A stretch of 64,000 bases of DNA, taken from NCBI GenBank assembly GCA_035084275.1, contig CM068755.1, forward strand, positions 10,540,001-10,604,000, read 5' to 3'. The stretch's first letter is position 1. Each line of letters begins with the position of its first letter. Below the pieces are notes generated by a model. The model saw only the letters and a list, made by a program, of their open reading frames with translations. It did no database searches and was not told the DNA's origin. This DNA is from Hydrolagus colliei. Lineage: Eukaryota. The translations under genes were made by a program, and so were the position numbers. Shown in pieces: positions 1-11,160 of this stretch.

Positions 1-2180
1 GAAGAGAAACAATATAAAAATGTCCTGTTAAAATGTGAAGAATTGGGATAAGCTATCACTTGCACCCGTATAGGCTTGATAGGCCAAATGGCTTTCTATG
101 AATCTATGAATTCCTAACATTGTATAAAATTCAGCTAGTCAGTTTGCTTCCCGGTGGTTTCCCCTGAGACCGTTTGTTTGTCAATACTGTTTGAGAGCTG
201 GCTGTGTGACTAACGAACTAAGAATATTGAAAGCAAACCGTGACTTCAGCCTGGATCAGTGCACTATGAAGCTGGAAGAATAAATTAATCTTGACCTCTT
301 GCTTCATATCATATTCACGGTGGGAGGAAAGTCATTTCTCGGCATCTTAAAAACAGCACAACATGAAGGAGCCAAGCTGTCCATATTCGATTAATTAAAA
401 CTTTGGCATTTCAGCTGCAGTTATTATTTTCTAATTTCATTTAAATGAAACGGTCTGTTAGACACTGTTGCTTTAAAAACATGGTTCAATGGGATTTGGC
501 TCAGTTTACTGTCTTCCCCCAGCCCCATACAGATAACAGCCATGATTTACTGTATAATTATTACCCATACTTCCCTCTTGTAGCTCAGGGCCAATTGATT
601 CTGTCACAATAAATAGGCAACTTGCCCTTTCGAGCAATTACAATAGGAAACCCAAGGACTGGGAGCAAATTCGAAACACTATGTATATGGTATTGTATGT
701 GCTCCGCAGCCTGAAATATGGATGAAGTTGGCAAGACTCCCGACTTTCTGAATGGAAATTTGCAGGATGTGGCTTATCAGTGGGTCATTAGAATTAATCT
801 TCACAGCATCTGTAAACAGTCAATAACTGAACGATTTCAGTATTGACTTCAACTTGGATCAGTGCTCTTCCAAAAATCTAAAATTTATTTGGTGTTGTAC
901 TCTCTTGTGTCTTGACTATTTATAATGTGACAACACACTCGGGCAATGTGATGTCTTCATTCATGCAGTGGCTTCATTTTGACAAGCAGAGCTGCAGTGC
1001 CTCCCACTCTTTCCAAAGGATGAATCACAGCATGCAACTTATTTGTCGAGATGCAGTTGATTCCTCACAACTTTAATTCAAAGAACTTTCTTGTTTATTA
1101 ATAATAATCCTTGTATTTATAGTTCCTTTCACAAATGGAAGATATCTCAAGGTGCCTCACAGGATTTTGCTATGAAGTGTATTTTGTTTCTGAGAGCTCC
1201 TCATGTGTAGTATTCGAGCTTCATTTAACACCCAAAACCAGTTAGGATAAAGGATTATCAATTATTGAACGTGAGATGCATTCCTAAAAATATATACTGT
1301 ATAATTTACTAAGCATCTGTAAAGCTTCAGAAATAAATTGGTGATATCACTCGTCGCATTGGCTTCCAAACCCTAGCAAGACAGACTTGTGTTAAAACAG
1401 TACACAGGATTAACTTAATCATAGTCATCTTAAGGTCCTGCACTGGGCAAACTGCACCCTTGACTGACTTCACTGCTGATGCCCTATAATTATAATCTCT
1501 AAAGATAGCAGAGGCGTTGGCAGTCTCTCCCACATGGTCTGGATCTCTCCCAGGTTTAGTGGTGAGTTTGATGACATCACTGAGTTGCTGAAAACCCTTT
1601 ATTCTCTTTGTTACCGGAATTCACTTTCTTTAAGGTACCACAGAAACCTGGAGCGGGTCCCTTTAACAACAACTGACGATAAAATGTGTGGCATATTCAA
1701 GTTTATGTGATGAACCAGATGGCCTGGAAAATGGCCCAGTTGGAGAGGATTATGTAAAAGTCCTGGCTTTAGATAGATTTTTTTTTATAGGTCTGGTCCA
1801 CTTTTGCACCATCATGCTGGTCTGAATGCTCTGAACAAGTGTGGAGTCATTGGTTGTACATTAGTGATACTAGCTCTGAAAATGTGGACGGAAAATTCTG
1901 CTTCTGATTTCAGGCGACAGAATGACATGATAGATATCTATATAGTACCAGCTCCAGTGTTGCACAGAGCTCTCAGCATATCTTTATGGAGACCCAGGAT
2001 CTTATTTCAATGTCAACATTTGTAGACATGCCTTTTGAGTGGTTTGATGGCATCTAAATGAAGCCTATCTAATGTTAGTTCTGACACATTCCTCCTCCAG
2101 TCCATTATAACCAGACCATGAATAAAAGGCAATTTCACTTTGACATACAAATCACCATTTTGGGGATTTTTTTTTAACAG

Positions 2181-2286
2181 GAATTGCATACCTTGGAGGA
2201 ACCTGCAATGCTAAAAGAAAGTGTGTGCTTGCTGAAGATAATGGACTTAACCTTGCCTTTACCATTGCGCACGAACTTGGTCACAA
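2181..2286 (+). CDS. ADAMTS17: ADAMTS17 exon (about human exon 8), catalytic domain: (G)[34 protein letters not shown](N)
   Basis: ttttttaacag acceptor, gtaagt donor, 106 nt; first half of HExxHxxGxxHD motif; missed by the ORF track. Confidence 0.96.
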
Positions 2287-5200
2287 GTAAGTTTAATAAC
2301 TTTTTACAGCTTTTTCCACATAGTGTAGCTTTATTGTTTCATAAATCTGGTGCAATTGTCTGATTCCTCTCAATGGGCAATGTAACCAAAGTCTTCTTAA
2401 AATTGGAGTAAGTTCAACCATAAAGAAGTAACGTACTTGTTCACCTCCTGCTGGGAAGTTATATTGCTCGATTCACTGACCTTGTCTGTCTTTGTCTTAT
2501 GTTTTATGCTGTGCTACTGTTTGCTTGGCACCTTTGACAGTAAAGTTATCATTTTGCATTTCTTTTGATTTACTGTGAATGTTTGTGTTGATGAAATGAG
2601 CAGCTTGTTTAGTTGTGTGCTTCACAGTGTTTCCAAACACTGTCCATGAGCCTGAGTAAGAGTTGAATGTGGAGCTTGTGCTCTGCTGATGTTGCTATGT
2701 GAACAAAAGCTCAAGCAGGTGGGAGGTTTGTCTTTCTGGAGCAATGTATTGCTTTACAAGGATGTATTTTATGGTGAAGTGCTTCATCCGGATGATTCTC
2801 AGAGGGAAGCGCATTCTCACTGGACCAAAACCCCATTATTATCATTCCATCTTTATTGCTGTCTTGGGTGGAAAATTGAAAATTCCAGTTAGGGGAATCC
2901 ACTGAATAAATACAGTACTCCTACTTTTAAAAGTAACTCCAAAGCCAGAGACTGCACTTCCTGTAGCTGACTATGAAACTTCAGCCGAGCAGCCATTGAA
3001 TGCTATTTGGACCCCTGGATTGAATACGACCTCATAAAAAAGTAGCAAAAATAAAGAATATAGGATTGTTTTAATACTGTACTTAAAGTTATACTTATAG
3101 CATATTCCTGTGGCTAAAAGGCTGGGTTGCACCTGTATAAACTTGGCAGCCAATACTGTGCTTGTGACTATCCTCCTGAATCATTCTGTGTGTGTGTTTA
3201 TTGTGAATTGTTCTGTACTCCTGAAATGGTGATTCACACCAATTGAGACATCAGCTCAGTGTAACCCACTTACAATTTCAACAGTCGGAGCTGTTTAGCA
3301 GACCACACCATATAATTTTCAGCGTGAATGTTTTTAGAGCATCGAAGGCAGCGATGTAGTGTACTGAAGCGGAGCTCGAAAGATGCTCTTCACAACCTGT
3401 CCTTTTTGGTCAAGCAGGTTTCTGACACATGTGGACACCCATCACCGTGCCTAGGAGTGTCCAAACCAGACTGGGATTTCTGCGTATGTATTCCACTTAC
3501 ACAGGGAGATTTCTCTGGGTTTGGAGTAGAACACAAATGTGTGCTCTCCCCCCAGAGGAATGCACCCCACTATTCACATTAGGATTTACCAAGGATTCAT
3601 AAATAATCAATTACTCAAGTCGAATGCTACAGGAAATCTGTAATCTCCTTCACCGACATCGATTGCCAATCGGATTCAACGTTTATGAATTATTTTTATT
3701 CCCTTGTGAGTATTGCAATGGTGATAGCAGCATTGGAACAAAGGGAGTTGCTTAGGCAGACACATAGGAAAATATGGAATGAGAAAAGGCTATCTATCAT
3801 AAAGGTGGTGTGATAGACATAATGGTGTAGAGCATTGGTGTAGTGTAGAAGGATGTGCTATAGTATACAGCAAGCTGTATGAAAAATATCATTTTATATC
3901 AACTTTTTTGTGTATCTAGTGGGAGTATTTAACTTTATTGCTTTTTTAACAGTGTGGTGGAGAGATCTTTGCTTCATTTGGTTTGGCATTTGGGTATGGC
4001 ATAACACAGTATAATTGTTATTGAGCATTTTTCCAAAGCCAAATTCTGAAGTTGTGAATTCTCATCTGTAGACAACAGTTAAACTCTCACGCTGTACTAC
4101 AGAATTGTTCTACACTGTTATATATTCCTTAGTCGCACAAACAACAAGATATCAGATGGCTCGATGTGAAAAGACTCAGCCAAAACCTGGACAGGAATGC
4201 TCTGGTAACCGCAGCAAATGTAAAGCAGCACCTCCTTCAGGATTCTCTAATGGTTGTTGATATAGGAACTTAACTGACATTTCCCATCTGTTGAAACACA
4301 TTGAAATGTTAGTGACATGGGTTTTCACAGTAACAGAGTATCATTTACTCTTGCCTTAGGATTTTACACTATCTGTAACTTATGTGTTGCCAATATTTTG
4401 AGATCGAATGCATAAATATGTTAACAGCGCATTTTAAGTGTGTTGTGGCAAGAAACGTTGAATGTTAATTTTACCTGTGATCTCCTCTGTATTGTTGTGA
4501 AGGATTGGTTGCCTGGTGCTTTATAAGACTTGCTGTTACTCAACTGGCCAGAATGACTGCAGTACCTTATCCGTTGCTCATACCACTGTCTTTTGTGGGA
4601 ACAAAGTAAAATTAGGATTTCCAACTACTGGTGTCCAGTGTTTTGTGCATCTGGTTTGAATTGAGAAGAAGAGTTATGGTACGATACCAGGGCTGTACAA
4701 TTTACGGACTGAATTAGCAGCTACCTTGCACTTCAGAGTTCATGGCAGAGATACAGAAAAAACTCTCCTTGTTAGATGTCAGGTGCCAGGTGCCAAGAAT
4801 ATTATTTACTCAAAGGGTTAATACTTTTTTGATTTGAGAAACCTCTAAAATATTATAGTTTGTGTTTTGACAGAATGGTTATAAAATTGAAAGAAAACTT
4901 TGGAAATGCCCAAAAGCTTTCAAATGCATTCCAGTGTCTCTCAAACAGTGAACCATGTTTTATGGTCGCATTGTGCTGAGTAAGCTATGTATGGATTTAA
5001 TGAAAGGCATGCAATAATTTAGCTTAGACTATTCTTTGCAATGCTAGCTGAGGCTCCTGCTGCTATATGCTTGGGTGTCACACATTACTGAATTGTGCGC
5101 TGTGTTACTTTGAAGAGTTTGGACCAGTGGTTGGACAATGCAAAACGTTCATTGTGAACAGGAAATTGTGAAGTTTTTAAATGACACTTTTGCAATAAGC

Positions 5201-6689
5201 AGTTTCTGTTTAAGTAGCACTCTAGCAGATCTGAAACTGATGTTTTACCACTTCATTAGCTTTTCCATTTCTATTTAGCCAAAAAGTAATAATATATCCT
5301 GTGCAAGAATGACCATGTGTGCAAACAATTCATTTGGGCTTAAAACATCACCATGCAGATGTTCGGCAGGCTTTGACTCAGGCCAGTCTAATTTGACCTC
5401 GTCTTTCTTATTGAGGTATTTGACACAATAACATACATTGCACCATAAGTGCTCTGGGATGCTACAACAACAACAAAATTACACTTGTATAGCGCCTTTC
5501 ACGTCTGGAGGACATCCCAAGCGCCGGACAATCACTGCTGTGCTACCCTGCACGAGCAGTGCTATATAAATGCAAATTGTTGTTGTTGTAACACACTTTG
5601 ATGTGAGCATTTAATGGAATTTCCTATTCTAATACATGTTATCCAAGCATGCAAAGCTTCATGTCACGCATGGCATGTCGGCCTTTGTGTCTTTCTAAAG
5701 ATGTCTGACACATTACCAAAAACAGTCTCCAATTGACGGTTATTGAAGCACTCCAGTACATGATAAATGTCACTGTTTTAGAGTGAAATCTGCATTTTTT
5801 CTTATTTTTATACAGGTGTTTCTTGGACACAGTTTGTAAAACACCGTGACAAAGCTAGCCACAAATATTGTTCCTGTCCCTATCTAATGGCACCAATAAC
5901 AAAGAAAACAAATTGTATTTAAATAGCGCTTTTTACGTTGGGAGAAAATGTTATGAGTCGTGCTGTAACAGCATAGTCAGCTATCTAGTTTCTGTGCGTG
6001 TTGTGCTTCTAAAGCTCCCCGATTCTAATACTTGTGCCAATTTCTTATGAGTGGCCGGTGCTGTCATATGGGAATATCTGATGATTAGTCTCTGGTCAGG
6101 TCACAGGAAGGTAAAGCATATTTGCTGTATTTTACCAAAGAGCTTGGAATCGACCATTGCTGAAAGAGGGGACACCATGGGTTTGGTTTCCAACACATCT
6201 GTAAACTGTAAATGGCCTCAAAATGTTTAGAAATCTGAAACCAGTCATTTTGCAGGACTAAACAAGAGAAATTGTTTAGATTTTATCCGGTCAAAGGAAT
6301 CAACCAGCATTGGAGCAGAAGATAAATTTTGTTCCATTTTCACACCAACCATCCTTGAGTTTGGTGCTCAGCATTCTGAGACACCACCCCACATAAAGGG
6401 TATTATGTAAATGCAATCAATCATTGTTGTTGCAGTTACAGATTATAGAAATGATAGATTTTGGAACAGAGTCAATTGAGGTCAGTTGAAAGTCTAATCT
6501 GCGTCGCCTCCAATGTTTCAAATTTGAGCCATCCATAAAAGTACATGCAGCAACAAAAACCATATTACGTTTGTATAGCATAAATAGCGTGTTGGAAATT
6601 GAAAAGGTAAAATAATCTAGCATATCAACCAATAATTAACAACCAATAACTAACAACCATTGCATTTGATACAGTACAGTGCCTTTCAA

Positions 6690-6915
6690 ATCTCAAGCAG
6701 TTCACAGGATTTATTGTTAAGTGTGGTGACCATGTATCTTGTAGACGACCACAGCAGCCATATTACACACACACAGCAAAGTCCTGGGAACAGCCATGAA
6801 GTGAATTGACTAATTTTATCTGCTGGATTGTTAGCTATTCCTGTTTTGAATAGTGCTTCGGAATCTTTAACATCTATCTGAACAGGCAGGTGGAACCTCA
6901 ATTCAACATCTCAAT
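6690..6915 (-). mobile_element. Deu-domain SINE fragment, antisense
   Basis: GCAGCCATATT..ACAGCAAAGTCC..TGAATAGTGC..ATCTTTAACATC..CCTC. Confidence 0.6.
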
Positions 6916-7894
6916 AGCCATCAGTATCCGCATGCGTTGTGTGGTAACGCAAAGTAAGGCAGTGCAGAATTAAGTAATGCATGACACCCAAGCATACAGC
7001 ACACAATCTTTGTCCGCATGCGAATCTAACAGATGACTGTTAATTATGACTGTTAATTATGCTTGTTCACAAGGTCAGAGTTCATACTTTCCTTGCTGGA
7101 ATCCTCAGAATTGCAGGACGTTTCAGTGGACGTACAGAGAGTTCTGAACATATTTCGCCAGTCGAACAATTTTGAATGCAAATGAACACGAAAGTTAGAT
7201 TAAACCTTAGTTGTTTGATGGGAAAATGTAATACTTCAGCCTCCAGCGATATTTTCTTTGCTTGCTATTTTTCGGGGGAGTTCAGCTCTGCTTAAAAGAT
7301 CTCTGAGAACAAATCCTGCCCAGGTGGTGGTGCGACCAGCACGGCAACATGATCTGACCTCCATCGACTGCGTGGTGTGCCGTTTTGGTACGGTTTTTAT
7401 TTTTGTTGTAACGTACACACTTTCAGGACTTTCCAGAATGCCTGCCAGACAAATAGCAGAGGCTTGCTTGAATCCCACTCAATGCTGCATTTATTCTGTA
7501 GCATTGCCTCTGGTGCTTGCCTTCCCCTTTGGCAGCAATGTTGGAATGTAAATGAGACGGCAGTATTGACTGACTGACTGAAGCCAGAGGTGTTTTTTCA
7601 AGGTAAACCCTGAGGTTGCTGCCAGTGCCTCCACCAGTGTATCTGTCACACCCAGACGTTGCTGTGTTGTCACAGATTCTGCCCTACAGTGTATTGCAAA
7701 CGGAGCAAAATCCACATCTCCAACAGCCTGTGTTGCTATGTATCTCGTTCTTCGCTGCAACATGAATGCAACATGAGAGTTACTGGGAAGTAAATCTGGT
7801 TGGGTGCATTGTAAAGATGATAATAATTGCTTTGGTTATATCGCCATATTGTGCATCGGACTATCTCAAAATATTTCACAGGATTTATTGCAGA

Positions 7895-8190
7895 GTGTAG
7901 TGACTGTGGATTTTGTCGGTGAATGCAGCAGCCATTTTGCACACAGGAATGTCCCACAAAAGCCATGGAATGAATGGATGATTTTATCTGCAGGCCACGA
8001 TACCAGGAGAAACTCCCTTCACTTTTCAAGTAGTGCCATAGCATTTTTAATGTCTGCACAGGCAATATAGGACCTTAGTTTAACTTCTTGGCTGAAGGAA
8101 GAGACATCTGACATTGCAGCAGATACCCAGCCCTGCAGTAGAGTCTGAGTTCAGTCCCGATGTAGGGCTTGAACCTACAAAGTTCTAGAC
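7895..8190 (-). mobile_element. Deu-domain SINE, antisense, degraded
   Basis: GCAGCCATTTTGCACACAG..CCCACAAA, CCAGGAGAAACTCCC..TAGTGCCAT, GGGCTTGAACCTACAA are the reverse complement of the 24221 pattern. Confidence 0.7.
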
Positions 8191-8196
8191 TATCTA

Positions 8197-8345
8197 TGCG
8201 CAATTAGCTGCCGCGTTTCGCCCACAAACGATGCAGCCAATTCACGATACAGTATATGCTGTGAATCGCTTTGAGATGTCTTGAATACGTGACAAGGCAC
8301 TATATCAAATGCAAGGAATATTATTATTATTGTGATTATTATTAT
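8197..8345 (+). mobile_element. SINE 3' fragment
   Basis: CAATTAGCTGCCGCGTTTCGCCCACAAA...TATATCAAATGCAAGG then ATT repeats. Similar tail fragments: 12243-12330(-), 21197-21305(-), 40010-40100(-), 42810-42917(+), 61490-61585(+). Confidence 0.8.
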
Positions 8346-10364
8346 CCGTGTATGAGAGTCTTTAAATACGACCTGTAGATATCCACTGTGAAGTGCGCCA
8401 TCATGTAATAGAGGGTACGTTTCACTGAATGATTTGAAAATGAATCTGCATAAAGCAGATTGTGTAAGCTCCTATTCACTTCCTCAACATACCTGTGCTG
8501 CCTGGTACAACAATGCTGATGGCATAATCTTTGACATTCACAGTTTAATTTAGTTGTCTTCAGCGAGAAGACAAAACAAATACTTGCGTATCATTTATCA
8601 TATGTGTCTATTGACATGCAACATTCCTGCATGGAGTTCCAAAACTATTCAGTAACCTGAATCCTATGACTCTCCCTGGCAGGTTATTGTAGATGTGGTA
8701 AGTGAGGGAGATGATTATGAACGTATGTATAGGACTGTATGTCTGGCATGGTACCATGGCAACAACTGATGGTGTCAGGCATGCAGGCTGGAGGTTTAAT
8801 GATAATCCTCCTTGCTTTTGATATAGCACCTTATCAAATGAAATGCCTTATCCCATTGAAACATCTCAAAGTGTTTTATCAGTAAGTTACTATATATTTG
8901 TAGGTGAACATTGTATCTTATTAAAATTTTGCATTGGCCCACGAAATACACAGTAACTGCACTTAGCAGTATAATCTGTTCAGCTTCAGGGAGACCCTAT
9001 TTAGCAACCCCCCCCACCCAACCAAACCCCCATCCCCAGAGGAGGACAGTCACTCGTTGGTCATTTGACATCCAACAAGTGCGAGTTTGAGCCCTCACTG
9101 GGTGGGGTAGCAGATATTAGCTTGCTTTTATTTATGCCGATTGCAAAAAAAATGCCCCAAATATTACATAAACCACCACACTGATACCCATATCAGAGCA
9201 GTTGACCAATGATGTAATACAAGATTGTTAGAAAGTTTTTTTGTCTGCAAATATTGCGGACCTGACCAAGGTCTTACAACAGTTAATCTTGCTTAGTAAT
9301 CAAAGCTATCACATTAAAAAAAAGTTGTAGCACTGGACCAGATCAGCAACAATGCATTGTTAGAGACAGAGAGTCTGCAAGGAATGACATGAGCCCATTG
9401 CTCGGTGGCAGTAAACATTCTTAGCATTCTAATGAATGATGGCTCGAAACATGCGTCCAAATGAAGCCTTTGGGTCAGTGTACTGCAATCTCTTTTCCAG
9501 TTGCCAGATTCAAAACCCTTTGAGTGGGGCTGTGAAGCACTGTGAATGCAGCGTCCCTCCAGTGACCAAGCCAAGTGATTGAAGATGAGTGGAGATCCAT
9601 CCTATAGCACCTGTGTTAGCCCCCGATTGATTCCATGCCAAGGCACCTGCAAGCAGTGACCAGTCGCAGGGGTGACAAGTGGCAACACCAGAGCTTGGCT
9701 ACACAAATACGTTAGCAAATGGTAAAACTCTTTTTAAAAATAATCCGAAGAATTCTTTAGAAAAGGGCAATCAAATTTGCAGTAAAATCCTGTTCAATGC
9801 TTTGAGACATATCAATGACAAGAGGCGCTGGCTATATCAATGGCAGGGTTAACATCATTTAAGATTTCTAATAAATGAGGATTTGTGCATTCACTGAACA
9901 AATCAAGATGCTTGATATTGTCATGGAAGTGATGTAGGGTGGATAATCTAGAAGGTTGAGAGCAAATAGGTCCAAGGATCGCCTTCATCCAAACCACTTT
10001 TCTGAACTCTGGAGAGATTGAGTTCTGTCAAATGTGTGCAGAGAAATGTGCATTCAGTGACAGGCCTCATATGGTTTGATTCCCAATGTACTGTAGTATG
10101 CAAGTAGACATGTAAAATAATGGCTTCAAATCTTAAAACAACAACAACTTCGATTTATATAGTGCCCTCCACACCAGATGGCGTCTCAGAGCACTTCAAA
10201 CATACCTCTTTGACTATAAAGTCAATGTAACCCCCTCCCCAACACCACCCTGTGTTTGGACGCTGTAAACAAAGTACTGTAAAGCACTCAGAAGTGTGTT
10301 CCCAAACAACATCTGTAAATGCAAGTTGTTGTTGTATCTCGTCACTATAAGAGCTCCACTATAA

Positions 10365-10702
10365 GTGGAGCTCCTGTGGCTCAGTGGTTAGAGCACTTGT
10401 CTTGCAAGCTGGGAGACCAAGCTGGGGAGACCTGTGTTCGAATCCAGGCAGGTCAGGGCGAAACCTTGGGCAAGTTTCCTTACTCCACATGCCTAATAAT
10501 AATCCCTCCAAAAAAAACCACAATAGTAAAATTGGTCATTTCAATCCACGACTGTGTGGGGACACTGCTGTGTGCATATGGCTGCTGCGATTCGCCCACA
10601 GATATATAGTCAATTCACTTTACAGTATATTCTGTGAAGCACTTTGGGATGTTGATCAAATGTGGAAAGCGCTATATCAAATGCAAGGATTATTATTATT
10701 AT
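10365..10702 (+). mobile_element. tRNA-headed SINE, near full length (younger family, resembling elephant-shark SINE2-type elements)
   Basis: A-box TGGCTCAGTGG, B-box GTTCGAATCC, body AATTGGTCATTTCAATCC, tail AAGCGCTATATCAAATGCAAGGATTATTATT; several homologous copies in window. Confidence 0.9.
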
Positions 10703-10704
10703 AA

Positions 10705-11160
10705 GATATGTTACCAGGCAACAAGGAGAGAGCAAAGTGATGTCCAGTGTGTTGAATGTCACCTTGTTGTTGAGTGTCGTTGGCTGCATGTCTGGAATGG
10801 TAATCAGCCAGTGCAGCTGCTCCCCACTGTTGACAAATGGTGGAAATGGTGCGGCTCAAATCAAACAGCTCGTTCCTGGAGAGCCAAGGGACAGCACAAA
10901 AACTTCCGGCTGGGTCTGGTAATCCAATCAGCGGAACACAATCGAGTTTATGTTCAGGAATGTCAGCTACTGCCATCAAAAGCTCGATTCTGGAAATGTC
11001 ACCGGCACAGATCAACAGCGTTGCAAAAATCCCCATCTGATGTTCTCCATTGTCCCTGACAACCAGCGTTCTCTCATCTATGGGGGAAGCAACTAGTAGG
11101 CCTGACATTGTGCAAGAGCGGCATGAAGCAGTCAGTTTATCTCTAATCTTAGGTACACCT
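10705..11160 (-). mobile_element. Possible degraded non-LTR retrotransposon AP-endonuclease fragment
   Basis: Antisense frames give TLLICAGDIS (like LLIxGDFN) and PTTLNNKVTFNTLDITLLS (like PT..TLDL); motifs are weak and in different frames. Confidence 0.4.

Noticed and set aside
1-2180. Preceding small exon (expected ..VHKDEPCDTV)
   Set aside because: No matching codons with splice sites found; probably upstream of the window
10365-10450. tRNA genes at SINE heads (also 20350, 32036, 37570-37640, 47827, 51357)
   Set aside because: A/B boxes are present but there is no closed acceptor stem, and each runs into the same SINE body and tail
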